DNA of 64,000 nt from an uncultured Acidobacteriota bacterium (GCA_963713825.1 CAVQNG010000001.1:256001-320000); one strand, 5' to 3'. Shown: positions 20,597 through 30,640, numbered from the stretch's first letter. The notes: a model not told the origin generated them from the letters alone. Made by a program: numbers and translations.

Positions 20597-21093
20597 TGGG
20601 CAGGGCTCTCCTGATGGTGGGTTGGGTAGCCACTGGAGGTCTGCTGCTGACGGCGGTCCTGGGCTATCGGGTCGGATTGCCGGGAGCGATGGGCTGGCAC
20701 CTTTTGGCGGCCCTGTTCTCGACTTTGCTGCTGTTGTTCTCGCACTCCTGGATCCTGTTCTATCTAATTGGCACCGGTAAAGCGATCAAGTCCGCGGCGA
20801 AAGAACACGGCCTCGATGACTCCCTGGCGGCCCAGACTCGGGAGTTCAAGAATCGCAGCAATTCCTGGTTGATGCTCGCCATGATGGCTGTCATGGCGAC
20901 ATTCATCGTCGGCGGCGGTGTGGCGACCACGGTGCTGCCGCCATGGTCGCATGCCACGCTGTTCTGGGTGACCTTGGTGATTCAGGTCTGGACCCTGGTC
21001 ATCGAAGGTAGGGTGATCGGCGACAACGAGCGCCTGATGCGGCTCGTGGATTGTCAGGTCGAAGCTGCGCTGCCGCCCGAAGCATCGCCATAG
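20593..21093 (+). CDS. Hypothetical four-TM membrane protein
   Basis: Four hydrophobic segments; ATGA overlap with the GT4 stop. Confidence 0.7.
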   Translation: MMGRALLMVGWVATGGLLLTAVLGYRVGLPGAMGWHLLAALFSTLLLLFSHSWILFYLIGTGKAIKSAAKEHGLDDSLAAQTREFKNRSNSWLMLAMMAVMATFIVGGGVATTVLPPWSHATLFWVTLVIQVWTLVIEGRVIGDNERLMRLVDCQVEAALPPEASP

Positions 21094-21238
21094 ATCGCTG
21101 CAAAGGCTCGGGCGGCCGAAAACGAGCGCGAGCCAATGCCCTGTCCTATAATCACCCGACGCCTGAGGAAAGACCTCTCGAGCCAACGTTGGCTTTCCCA
21201 ATCGTGAATCGCAGCAGTATCGAGGCAGAGTCTAGGCA

Positions 21239-22234
21239 ATGACCACCGAGAATGTCGTCCTATCCGGGATGCGAGCCACCGGACGCATCCATCTTGGTAA
21301 CTACTTCGGCGCCGTCAAGAACTGGGTCGAGTTGCAGGATCGTTATCGATGCTTCTACTTCATCGCCGACTGGCACGCCCTGACAACGGACTATGCAGAA
21401 CCGTCCAATGTCGGTGGCAACTCGCTCGAAATGCTGGCCGACCTCCTGGCGTCGGGTCTCGATCCCGAGCGCTGCGTGATTTTCGTTCAATCGATGGTGC
21501 CCGAGCATGCGGAGTTGCACCTCTTGCTTTCGATGATCACTCCGCTCGGTTGGTTGGAGCGGGTTCCGACGTATAAAGAACAGATCAAAGAGCTGTCGAA
21601 CAAGGATCTGTCAACGTACGGCTTCCTGGGATACCCGGTTCTGCAGACGGCAGACATTCTGTTGTATCGAGCCCAGTTCGTCCCTGTAGGAGAGGATCAA
21701 GCCAGCCATCTCGAGCTCAGCCGAGAGATTGGACGTCGGTTCAACAGCTACTATGGTGAGATCTTCCCGGAGCCCAAGGCCTTGTTCACGCCGACGCCGA
21801 AGGTGCCAGGACTCGATGGTCGAAAGATGTCGAAGTCCTACGGCAATACCATCGACTTGTCCGATACCCCTGAGGAAGTGACCGCGAAGTGTCGGCAGAT
21901 GTTCACCGATCCGCAGCGGATTCGCCGCATGGACGCAGGGCACCCGGAGACCTGCAATCTGTTTCAGTTTCATCGACTCTTCTCGACACCCGAGCTGCAG
22001 GAAAAGGTGGCCAGCGAATGCCGTCGGGCCCAGATAGGCTGTGTCGATGACAAGCAACTGATCGCTGACCAGATCAACAGTTTTCTCGATCCGATTCGAG
22101 CCAGGCGGGAAGAGCTGTTGAAGAGCAGAGACACCCTGCTGGACATTCTCAACGAGGGTTCCGCGAAGGCTGCAGAGCGGGCCCGAGAGACGATGGATCA
22201 GGTCCGATCCGCCCTTTCGATCCAATATCGATAG
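21239..22234 (+). CDS. trpS: Tryptophan--tRNA ligase
   Basis: HLGN (HIGH), IADWHALT, YPVLQTADIL, VPVGEDQ, KMSKS; TATAAT at 21147. Confidence 0.97.
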   Translation: MTTENVVLSGMRATGRIHLGNYFGAVKNWVELQDRYRCFYFIADWHALTTDYAEPSNVGGNSLEMLADLLASGLDPERCVIFVQSMVPEHAELHLLLSMITPLGWLERVPTYKEQIKELSNKDLSTYGFLGYPVLQTADILLYRAQFVPVGEDQASHLELSREIGRRFNSYYGEIFPEPKALFTPTPKVPGLDGRKMSKSYGNTIDLSDTPEEVTAKCRQMFTDPQRIRRMDAGHPETCNLFQFHRLFSTPELQEKVASECRRAQIGCVDDKQLIADQINSFLDPIRARREELLKSRDTLLDILNEGSAKAAERARETMDQVRSALSIQYR

Positions 22235-22254
22235 GCCGGCGAAAAGAGCCGCAG

Positions 22255-23046
22255 ATGACATCTTCCGTGAGTGGCAAGAGTAATCTGCCTGAAGCCTGGC
22301 GAGTGCAGCTGCCGGTCTTCGAGGGTCCTCTGGACCTTCTGCTGCATCTGATCAAGATCAACGAGGTGGAGATCTCCGACATACCCGTGGCGGTGATCTG
22401 TGACCAGTTCGACGAGTACCTGCATCTCATGGAGGTGTTCGACCTGGATGTGGCTGCCGAGTTCGTTTATGAGGCCGCCGTGCTCATTCATCTCAAGTCG
22501 AGGATGCTGCTGCCGCGTCGAGCCGACGAAGACGGCACCCTGGAGGAAGATCCTCGCCAGGAGCTGGTGGCGCGCCTCCTCGAGTACCAGCGAATCAAGG
22601 AAGCCGCGCAGTCGCTGGCCGAGCTGCACTCCTTGCGCCAGGGACTTTGGACGCGTCAACCGCAGCCCATCGATCTCCCCGCCGAGGACGACTCCGTCGA
22701 ATTGGAGGAGGTCTCGCTATTCGATTTACTGGGGGCATTCAAACAGGTCCTGGTACGGTACGAGCACGAGCACCCTGACCCTTTTCAGATCCATCGGGAG
22801 ACTTTCTCGGTCCGCGGCCAATTCGAGCGTCTGCTGGCGCTCCTGGATTTGGATCGCCCCTATGATCTGCTCCTCGATCTCAGACGTCGCAGCTGCCGGT
22901 CGGAGGCTGTGGCGGCGTTCCTGGCGATCCTCGAGCTGGCTCGGTTGGATCTGATCCGATTGCACAAGACCGGCGGAGGGGAGATACTGCTCTACCGCAC
23001 CTCGAAAGAGCTGCAGGCCCACGAGTTGGAGGCGATTCAGGGATGA
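22255..23046 (+). CDS. scpA: Segregation/condensation protein A
   Basis: FEGPLDLLLHLI, KSRMLLP, DPRQELV, FLAILEL. Confidence 0.95.
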   Translation: MTSSVSGKSNLPEAWRVQLPVFEGPLDLLLHLIKINEVEISDIPVAVICDQFDEYLHLMEVFDLDVAAEFVYEAAVLIHLKSRMLLPRRADEDGTLEEDPRQELVARLLEYQRIKEAAQSLAELHSLRQGLWTRQPQPIDLPAEDDSVELEEVSLFDLLGAFKQVLVRYEHEHPDPFQIHRETFSVRGQFERLLALLDLDRPYDLLLDLRRRSCRSEAVAAFLAILELARLDLIRLHKTGGGEILLYRTSKELQAHELEAIQG

Positions 23047-23675
23047 CCGAGAATTCGGAGATCGAGGCGGCGCTAGAGGCGGTTCTCTTTGTTGCTGCCG
23101 AGCCGGTAGACCGAGCCAAGCTGCTCGAGATCTTCGGCAAGCAGGCTCAGTCCGAGGCCGCAGGTGCCTTGGAGCGAGTGATCGAGCGCTACGGTGGCGG
23201 CCCCGATAGGGGCATTCGAATCGAGGAAGTGGCCGGTGGTTTGAGGCTAGTGACTCGGCCTGAGTTGCATGGCTATCTGCGCAAGTTCTTCGAGGTTTCC
23301 GGTAGAAGTCGCCTTTCTATGGCGGCGCTGGAGACGCTGGCGATCGTGGCATATCGTCAGCCGATTACGGGCCCGGAGATTCAAGAGCTTCGAGGAGTCA
23401 GCCCGTCAGGGGTTTTGAAGACCCTCCTGGAGAAGCGATTGGTGCGGATATCAGGGCGCAAGAAAGTGGTCGGGAAGCCCTTTCTCTACCGCACGACACG
23501 TGAATTCTTGATGCACTTTGGGCTCGAATCGCTCGAGGATCTTCCGCCCTTGGAAGAGTTCGAGGAAATCTTCGGTCCAGAGGGCATGGAACCCGCAGGA
23601 CAGACCGCGGCGGACCCCGTTGTCTCGGCGAGGCCCGAACCGGTGGCGGACGGGGCGGCGTCCGACAAATCGTGA
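23043..23675 (+). CDS. scpB: SMC-Scp complex subunit ScpB
   Basis: LEAVLF, LETLAIVAYRQPIT, TTREFLMHFGL. Confidence 0.95.
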   Translation: MTENSEIEAALEAVLFVAAEPVDRAKLLEIFGKQAQSEAAGALERVIERYGGGPDRGIRIEEVAGGLRLVTRPELHGYLRKFFEVSGRSRLSMAALETLAIVAYRQPITGPEIQELRGVSPSGVLKTLLEKRLVRISGRKKVVGKPFLYRTTREFLMHFGLESLEDLPPLEEFEEIFGPEGMEPAGQTAADPVVSARPEPVADGAASDKS

Positions 23676-24463
23676 GCCAGGAGAGACTTCAGCGCATTCT
23701 CTCGCGGGCCGGTATCGCCTCGCGGCGCAAGGCCGAGGAGATGATTCGGGACGGGCGGGTGACCGTGAACGGTCGGGTTGCCGAGGTCGGTGAGAAGGCC
23801 GACGCGCTGGACGATGCCATCAAGGTCGACGGGCGTCGATTGAAACCGATGCCAGGCAGCTTTCACTACCTCGTGTACAAACCCAAAGGCTACATGTCCA
23901 CGCGACAGGATCCCGAGGGACGGCAGACCGTTTTCGACCTTCTTCCACCGAGATTGCGCAAGAATCTGGTCATTGCAGGTCGTCTGGACTACAACAGCGA
24001 AGGCCTGATGATTCTGACAGCCGATGGAGAGTTGGCCCATCGCCTGGCTCACCCGAGCTTCGGTTGCTCGAAGACCTACCATGCCAAGGTCAAGGGTGTT
24101 CCAGCAGAGGAGTCCATCGCCAAACTGAAGGCCGGCATTCTGTTGGATGGCAAGCGCACCACGCCGGCGAAAATCCGGTTGCTCAAAGGCCCCCGAGGTG
24201 GCAAGGGTGAGTCGAACTCCTGGTGGGTCGTTGAGCTGCAGGAGGGGCGCAATCGGCAGATTCGCGAGATGTTCTTTCGCATTGGTAACCCAGTCCAACG
24301 TCTGATTCGGGTCGGTATCGGTAGGGTGTCCGATCGAGAGCTTCCCGTGGGTTCGTACCGAGAGCTCAGTGCGCAGGAGGTCGAGTCACTAAGAACCGGC
24401 AAGCCGGTGAGACGTCCGAAGCGCAAGAGCCGGCACCGTAAGCCCCGCGGCGGAGAGCGATGA
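23672..24463 (+). CDS. rluB: 23S rRNA pseudouridine synthase (RluB family)
   Basis: S4 domain ERLQRILSRAGIASRRKAE, catalytic GRLD, EGRNRQIR. Confidence 0.88.
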   Translation: MSQERLQRILSRAGIASRRKAEEMIRDGRVTVNGRVAEVGEKADALDDAIKVDGRRLKPMPGSFHYLVYKPKGYMSTRQDPEGRQTVFDLLPPRLRKNLVIAGRLDYNSEGLMILTADGELAHRLAHPSFGCSKTYHAKVKGVPAEESIAKLKAGILLDGKRTTPAKIRLLKGPRGGKGESNSWWVVELQEGRNRQIREMFFRIGNPVQRLIRVGIGRVSDRELPVGSYRELSAQEVESLRTGKPVRRPKRKSRHRKPRGGER

Positions 24464-25140
24464 TGGACAAGCCCATTGTCGTGGCGATCGACGGCACCTC
24501 GGGGGTGGGCAAGAGCACGGTCGCAAGGCGATTGGCGAAAGCTCTGAATCTACCCTATCTCGAGACAGGTGCGATGTACCGCGCGCTCGGCTTGAAGGTT
24601 GACAAGCTGGGTGTCGATCCTCTGAACCAGCGGACGGTAGAGGAGCTGGCCGTCGACCTGGATCTCGAACTGCGCCAGAGACCGGATGGGAACGTCGAGG
24701 TTCTCCTGGATGGAGAATGCCTTGGTGAAGAAGCTCGACAGCCCCGAATCTCGGAGATTACATCGGCCGTCTCGGCCTACCCAGGGGTGCGACGGGTCAT
24801 GGTCGAACACCAGCGGTCGTTCGCCGGCTCGCGAGGGGCTGTCGTCGAGGGGCGGGATATCGGCACGAAAGTGTTTCCGCACACCCCCCATAAGTTCTTT
24901 TTGCAGGCACCCCTTGAAACCCGAGTTCGTCGACGCCTGAAGCAGCTCGAAGCTTCAGGGCAGTCGAACTTGAGTGAGGACGAGCTGATCCGAGAGGTCC
25001 GCGAGCGCGACGTCCGTGATTCCACCAGAGCAGAATCACCCCTGACCATGGACGGTAGTTACGAGGTCATCGATACCGGGTCGCGGTCCGTCGACGAGGT
25101 TGTCGAGGCGATCCTGGGCGAGATCCGCCAGAATCGCTGA
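24460..25140 (+). CDS. cmk: Cytidylate kinase
   Basis: IDGTSGVGKST, TGAMYR, EGRDIGT, RDSTR. Confidence 0.95.
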   Translation: MMDKPIVVAIDGTSGVGKSTVARRLAKALNLPYLETGAMYRALGLKVDKLGVDPLNQRTVEELAVDLDLELRQRPDGNVEVLLDGECLGEEARQPRISEITSAVSAYPGVRRVMVEHQRSFAGSRGAVVEGRDIGTKVFPHTPHKFFLQAPLETRVRRRLKQLEASGQSNLSEDELIREVRERDVRDSTRAESPLTMDGSYEVIDTGSRSVDEVVEAILGEIRQNR

Positions 25141-25182
25141 CAGTCGCCTTGCCGTTGTGATTCGCTCAGGAGCACAACGAGA

Positions 25183-25220
25183 GAGCCTCCCAGTCACCAG
25201 GTGCGGTGAAAGGGAGGCTC
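25183..25220. terminator. Hairpin between convergent cmk and the Leu dehydrogenase gene (probable terminator)
   Basis: GAGCCTCCC...GGGAGGCTC with inner TCACC/GGTGA; only a weak U-tract. Confidence 0.5.
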
Positions 25221-25245
25221 GATCGATTGCGGCTCGGTTCGTTTC

Positions 25246-26340
25246 TTACTTGTGGTTGCTGATGAACCGCCCCCAGTGGCGCGAACCGAGATGCTTGATG
25301 GTGGTGATGCGCTCCTCGGCCATCCGATCGGCAGCGACGTAGGTTGGGACCTTCTCCTCTTTGGAGATCTGGAAGACCCGCATCAAATTCAAATAGATGC
25401 CACGGGTCATGCGCAGGGCCCGCTCTTGGTTGTAGTCACCTGTCAACTCGTTGTACACGTTGATCAGGCCGCCGGCGTTGATGACGAAGTCAGGAGCGTA
25501 GAGGATGTCTCTCTCGTGCAGGGCGACGCCGTCGATCTGCTCGTTGTGCAGCTGATTGTTGGCCCCGCCTGCAACGATGCTGCAACGCAGCTTGGGGATG
25601 GACTCCTGGTTGAGACCCGCACCGAGTGCGCAAGGCGCCAGCACGTCGCAGTCGACCTCCATGATCTCTTCGGAGGAGACGATCTCGACACCCAGGTCAC
25701 TCTCGGCCTTGGCAGTCTTGTCAGGGTCGATATCGGCACCGATGACCTTGGCGCCTTCATCGACCAGGTACTTGGCAAGGTAGTAGCCGACGTTGCCGAC
25801 GCCCTGCACGGCAACCGTGAGTCCCTTGAGTGACGGTTCGTCGTTCTTCCAATTGGCAGCGGCCTTGATTCCTTGCAACACTCCGTACGCTGTCACGGGT
25901 GAGGGATCACCACTGCCGCCATGGGCAGGGGAGACGCCAGTGACCCAACGCGTCTCGGACAGGATGACTTCCATGTCCTCCATATCCGTGCCGACATCCT
26001 CGGCCGTGATGTAGAGACCGTTCAAGGACTCGACGTAACGGCCGAAGGCGCGGAACAGCGCTTCGCTCTTGTCGGATTTTGGGTCACCCAGAATGACTGC
26101 CTTACCGCCGCCGAGGTGAAGACCTGCCGCTGCTGCTTTGTAAGTCATTCCACGGGACAAACGGAGCACATCGGTGAGGGCCTCGTCAAAGTCCTTGAAA
26201 GGCCACATACGAAGGCCGCCCAAGCCTGGGCCGAGGGTGGTGGAGTGGACGGCGATGATGGCCTTCAGTCCTACTTCGGGATTCGAGCACAAAAGCACGC
26301 GCTCGTGACCCATGTCCTCGAGTCGTTCGAAAAGCTCCAT
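25246..26340 (-). CDS. Leu/Phe/Val dehydrogenase (ELFV family)
   Basis: GPGLGGLR, GMTYK, GGGKAV, TAEDVGT, QGVGNVG, GANNQL, NAGG. Confidence 0.92.
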   Translation of the reverse strand: MELFERLEDMGHERVLLCSNPEVGLKAIIAVHSTTLGPGLGGLRMWPFKDFDEALTDVLRLSRGMTYKAAAAGLHLGGGKAVILGDPKSDKSEALFRAFGRYVESLNGLYITAEDVGTDMEDMEVILSETRWVTGVSPAHGGSGDPSPVTAYGVLQGIKAAANWKNDEPSLKGLTVAVQGVGNVGYYLAKYLVDEGAKVIGADIDPDKTAKAESDLGVEIVSSEEIMEVDCDVLAPCALGAGLNQESIPKLRCSIVAGGANNQLHNEQIDGVALHERDILYAPDFVINAGGLINVYNELTGDYNQERALRMTRGIYLNLMRVFQISKEEKVPTYVAADRMAEERITTIKHLGSRHWGRFISNHK

Positions 26341-26627
26341 GTTCCAGGTCTCCTGATCAGGTCAGAGTTTGGACGATCCAGTTGTCCGTCAGGCTTTCTC
26401 GTGCGGCAGTTCCCGGACAAGAACCCATGGTTTTGGGCCTCGGTTCCTCTGTTCTTTCCTCAGTACGGAGCTGCCGTCGCTGGCCTGAGCGGACGACCGG
26501 CTGGAATAACAGGTCGTACCCTCTCAGGGTACTTCGAATCATACTCATTTTACTCGAATCGGACCTGGGGCAGCAAATCCCCAGGAGCCGCTTAGAGAGC
26601 GCTCTGCAGGAGCTAGAATGAGACGTT

Positions 26628-27800
26628 GTGCGACGAGGAAAGGTAGCGGCCCAAATCCGCAGATGGGCCCTGGATGTCGGCTTCGATCCGGTTGGGATTG
26701 CACGCCTTGCACCGTCCTCCAGAGCGCGAGCGGTTCGACAGTGGATCGAGAATGGCGACCATGCAGGGATGGCCTACATGGGCCGACGGACCGAGCTGCG
26801 TCTCGATTCGAGAGAGATCTTTCCTGCCGCGAGGAGTGCCGTTTGCGTGGCTCTTCAGTACAGCCCACTGGAGGGCGTTCAGGCCATCGAAGGGGACCTC
26901 TGGCCTCGAGTCGCTCGCTACGCGAGAGGTGTCGATTATCACGATTTCATGAAGAGGCGGCTCGAGCTGCTGGCGGACAAGGTGAAAGAGGCCTTCCCAA
27001 GCTGCGAGACTCGTTCCTATGTCGATACCGGGCCCGTTCTGGAGAGAGAGCTCGCCGAGCGTGCCGGGTTGGGCGCCATAGGCAAGAATACGATGCTCTT
27101 GAACGAGACGTCCGGCTCTTGGATGTTGCTGGGCGAACTGTTCTTGAGCCTGGACCTCGAACCGGATACTGCTGTCGCTGATCTCTGTGGTAGTTGTACG
27201 CAATGTCTGGAGGCCTGTCCGACCGGTGCCCTTCCAGCGCCGTACCGATTGGATGCCAATAGATGCATCAGCTACTGGACGATCGAGCATCGGGGACCGC
27301 TGCCGCGGGATGTGAGGCGTCAGATGAATGGTTGGGTGTTCGGCTGCGACCTGTGTCAGGAAGCTTGCCCTTGGAACGAAGATGTTGTTCGAACCAATCA
27401 GCCAGAAATGCTACTGCCTGCCTGGAGAGCGGAGTTGGACCTGACAGGCCTGTTGCGGATCGATCGTGATCAGTATGTCGAGCGTTTTCGTGGCAGTCCC
27501 ATGAAGAGGACGAAGCAAGAGGGGTTGCAGAGAAATGCGGCCGTCGCGATGGGTAATTCAGGTGAGTCGCGTTTTGTTCCCGCTCTTCTGGAGGCACTGG
27601 ACAATGAGAGCGGGTTGGTACGACTCCACGTAGCGTGGGCGCTAGCGGAGATCGGTGGGGAGGCGGCTTTTGCTGGCCTGCAGGCGCGGCATGCAATCGA
27701 GGCAGAGCCTGAGGTCGCTCAGGAGATCGAGTGGGCTTTGTCACGGTTCGAGTCCGCGGGTGCCCCGAGCGCCCAAAGTTGTCCTGAACCCTTGGGTTGA
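26628..27800 (+). CDS. queG: Epoxyqueuosine reductase
   Basis: ARYARGVDYH, VDTGPVLER, CGSCTQCLEACPT, CISYWTIE, FGCDLCQEACPWN, C-terminal HEAT-like repeats. Confidence 0.95.
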   Translation: MRRGKVAAQIRRWALDVGFDPVGIARLAPSSRARAVRQWIENGDHAGMAYMGRRTELRLDSREIFPAARSAVCVALQYSPLEGVQAIEGDLWPRVARYARGVDYHDFMKRRLELLADKVKEAFPSCETRSYVDTGPVLERELAERAGLGAIGKNTMLLNETSGSWMLLGELFLSLDLEPDTAVADLCGSCTQCLEACPTGALPAPYRLDANRCISYWTIEHRGPLPRDVRRQMNGWVFGCDLCQEACPWNEDVVRTNQPEMLLPAWRAELDLTGLLRIDRDQYVERFRGSPMKRTKQEGLQRNAAVAMGNSGESRFVPALLEALDNESGLVRLHVAWALAEIGGEAAFAGLQARHAIEAEPEVAQEIEWALSRFESAGAPSAQSCPEPLG

Positions 27801-27825
27801 CAGTCCAAAGGGACCTTTCTATACT
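27797..27825 (+). promoter_or_regulatory. Sigma70-type promoter for rpsA
   Basis: TTGACA (27797)-17 nt-TATACT (27820); the -35 overlaps the queG stop codon. Confidence 0.8.
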
Positions 27826-27927
27826 CTGAAACTTCGGGTTCTAAACGACTTATCGGAACTCGAATTTCCCGCCGTAGGGAAAGACAGACCCTTGGTCTGA
27901 TCCCATTGTCAAGGAGGAATGTGTCTT

Positions 27928-30257
27928 ATGGAGTCCATGGACGACAACGACCGTCAGGAGACTGACGTTACGTCCGAAAAGGACAACGATCGTCAGGAGA
28001 CTGACAGTACGTCCGAAAAGGACAACGACCGTCAGGAGACTGACAGTACGTCCGAAAGGATCGAAGAGAAGGAGGATTTCGATTACGAAGAGATGGTCAC
28101 TCTCTACGATGAGAGCATGCGTCATCTCAGTGAGGGACAGATCGTCACGGGGCGGGTCATCACGATCAGCCCGAACCATGTGGTGGTCGATGTGGGGTAC
28201 AAATCCGAGGGTTTGGTTCCGATAGCGGAATTCGTCGATTTCGAGGGCAATCTGTCCGTCGACATTGGCGACGATGTTGAGGTACTGCTGGAGCGCACCG
28301 AAGATGCGGAAGGTCACGTCCTGCTCTCCAAGCAGAAGGCCGAGAGGATGATGGTCTGGTCGGATATCGAAAAGAGCTACAAGGCAGGCGACATCATCCA
28401 TGGTCGGGTCATCGACCGGATCAAAGGTGGCCTGACTGTCGATGTCGGTATCCGTGCCTTTCTGCCGGGCTCCCTGGTCGATATCAAGCCGGTCAAGAAC
28501 CTGGAATCGCTCCGCGGACTGGAGCTCGAGTTCAAAGTCATCAGTATGGATCGGCGCAGGAACAACGTTGTCCTGTCTCGGAAGGCGGTTCTCGAGAAGG
28601 AGTTTGCCGCCAAGAAAGCAGACACCCTGACCAGGCTCGAAGAGGGCGTGATCCTCGACGGTGTAGTCAAGAACATCACGGACTACGGTGTTTTCGTCGA
28701 CTTGGGAGGCATCGATGGTCTCCTTCACATTACCGATATCTCCTGGGGTCGAGTCAATCACCCTTCAGAGCACTTCGCGATCGGCGACGAAGTCGAGGTA
28801 GTCGTGCTGAAGTTCGATCCGGAAACGGAGCGAGTGTCACTGGGCTACAAACAGAGGTCGGAAGACCCCTGGTCCCTGGTCGACAAGAAGTACCCTCTAG
28901 GCTCGAAGGTCCGGGGCAAGGTTGTGAGTCTGGTGGACTACGGTGCTTTCGTCGAGCTCGAGGAAGGTGTCGAGGGCTTGATCCATGTCAGCGAGATGTC
29001 GTGGACGAAGAAGGTCGTCAATCCGGCCAAGATTCTCGAAGTTGGGGACGAGGTAGAGGCCATCGTGTCGGAGCTCGATCTTCCGCAGCGGCGGATCAGC
29101 TTGTCCTTGCGTCAGGCCGAACGGAATCCGTGGGAGGAGTTGGCGATTTCCCATCCCGTCGGCAGCGTGATCGAAGGCAAGGTGCGGAACCTGACGGAAT
29201 TTGGCGCCTTTGTGCAGATCACCGAAGAGATCGACGGACTGATTCACGTCTCGGACATGAGCTGGACGAAGCGGGTCAAGCATCCTGGAGATGTCCTGAA
29301 CAAGGGCGACGACTTGCGAGCTCGGATCACGAATATCGATGTCGAGAATCAACGCGTGTCCCTGTCGATCAAGGAGTTTCTACCCAACGAGTGGGACAGC
29401 TTTGTCGAAGAGAGCCAGGTCGGCGACACCGTTACGGGCCGAGTGGTCAACGTCACGGACTTCGGTCTGTTCGTCGACATCTTCGAAGGCCTGGAAGGTC
29501 TGGCCCATGTCAGTGAGATCGAGAGTGGTGCGACTTCTCTGGAAGATCAATACTCGGTCGGTGAGTGGGTGAGTGCGAGGATCTTGCGGATCGAAGAGGA
29601 TGACAAGAAGGTGGGCCTGACCATGCGGGGTGTTCCTCAGCCGACAGCCGACGAGATCGCTGCGTTGGAGGCTGCTCATGCCGAGGCCGAGGCCGAACCT
29701 GATCAGGTGGCGACGGAGGCAGAGCCGAGTGACTCCGAGGCCGAGGATTTGGTGGAGGCTTCGGATGACGAGGCCGTCGTCGAGGTAGCCGACGAATCCG
29801 ACGCAGTGGTGGAGTCCGCCGAAGCGGACCGGCCGAAGTCGAGGCTGAAGACGAAGACGAAGCACTCGAGGCAGAGGTCGAAGTAGCCGACGAGTCCGAC
29901 GCAGTGGTGGAGTCCGCTGAACCGGCAGACGAACCGGCCGAAGTCGAGGCTGAAGTCGAAGTCGAGAAGGAAGAGGTCGCAGCCGAGAGCTCGGAGTCAG
30001 AGGGTGCCGAGGCGCCAGAAGAGGTCGTGGCCGACGAAGAGTCTGTCGAGGATGCCGAAGAAGCCGCTGTAAAGAGTGCGGAATCGGAAGATGTGGCAGG
30101 GCAGGGCGAAGTCGTGGCCGAAGATGAGACCGCGAAGGTGATCGAGCCCGCGAGTCCGCAAGCGGCAGCATCGGAGGAAGATCTCGAGTCGGAGAAAAGC
30201 GAAACAGCCTCCGCTGACGAAGCCGCCAAAGAAGAGGTCGAGGAGAAGGTAGACTAG
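27928..30257 (+). CDS. rpsA: 30S ribosomal protein S1 with long acidic C-tail; apparent 1-nt deletion near 29828 (as written the frame stops at 29886)
   Basis: Six S1 repeats (GYKSEG, AFLPGS, DGLLHITDISW, EGLIHVSEMSW...); SD AAGGAGG. The acidic tail continues in the shifted frame as ORF 29904..30257. Confidence 0.9.
27943..28059 (+). repeat. In-frame 39-bp tandem repeat x3 (DNDRQETD[V/S]TSE[K/R]) at the rpsA 5' end
   Basis: Near-identical units start at 27943, 27982 and 28021. Confidence 0.95.
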
Positions 30258-30358
30258 GTCCAAGTGGCGCTGGTTCGGTCCTTGGTCGGGAGCTCGTTGC
30301 GAAGTCGCTGACCCAGTCCCGGCCTCGACGAGAGCGAGATGTGCAAGTGAGGGGTGGA

Positions 30359-30640
30359 ATGACGAAAGCGGAATTGGTGGAGCAAGTTGCGGAGACAACG
30401 CAGCTCACCAAGAAGCACGCCGAGCTCATCGTGAATACGGTTTTCGAGAGTATCGTCGAATCGCTCAAGGAGGGCGAGAAGATCGAGCTCCGGGGGTTCG
30501 GCAGCTTTCGAATTCGCCAGCGCGGATCTCGGATCGGTCGCAATCCCAAGACCGGTGACCGGGTCGAGGTCCCTCCGAAGCGGATCCCCTACTTCAAGCC
30601 AGGCAAAGAGCTGAAGGAACTGCTGAATAACGACTCCTGA
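30359..30640 (+). CDS. ihfB: Integration host factor beta / HU family protein
   Basis: MTKAELVE, KIELRGFGSF, GRNPKTG, PYFKPGKELKE; follows rpsA. Confidence 0.85.
   Translation: MTKAELVEQVAETTQLTKKHAELIVNTVFESIVESLKEGEKIELRGFGSFRIRQRGSRIGRNPKTGDRVEVPPKRIPYFKPGKELKELLNNDS

Noticed and set aside
21094-21238. Possible T-box leader before trpS
   Set aside because: Only ~80 nt from the -10 to the start; no T-box sequence or terminator seen.
26357-26548. 63-aa ORF as a leader peptide of the Leu dehydrogenase gene
   Set aside because: No run of Leu/Val/Ile codons and no SD; its first ATG overlaps the putative -10.
27943-28059. 39-bp repeats as a mini CRISPR array
   Set aside because: Units are contiguous with no spacers, are in frame within rpsA, and there are no cas genes.
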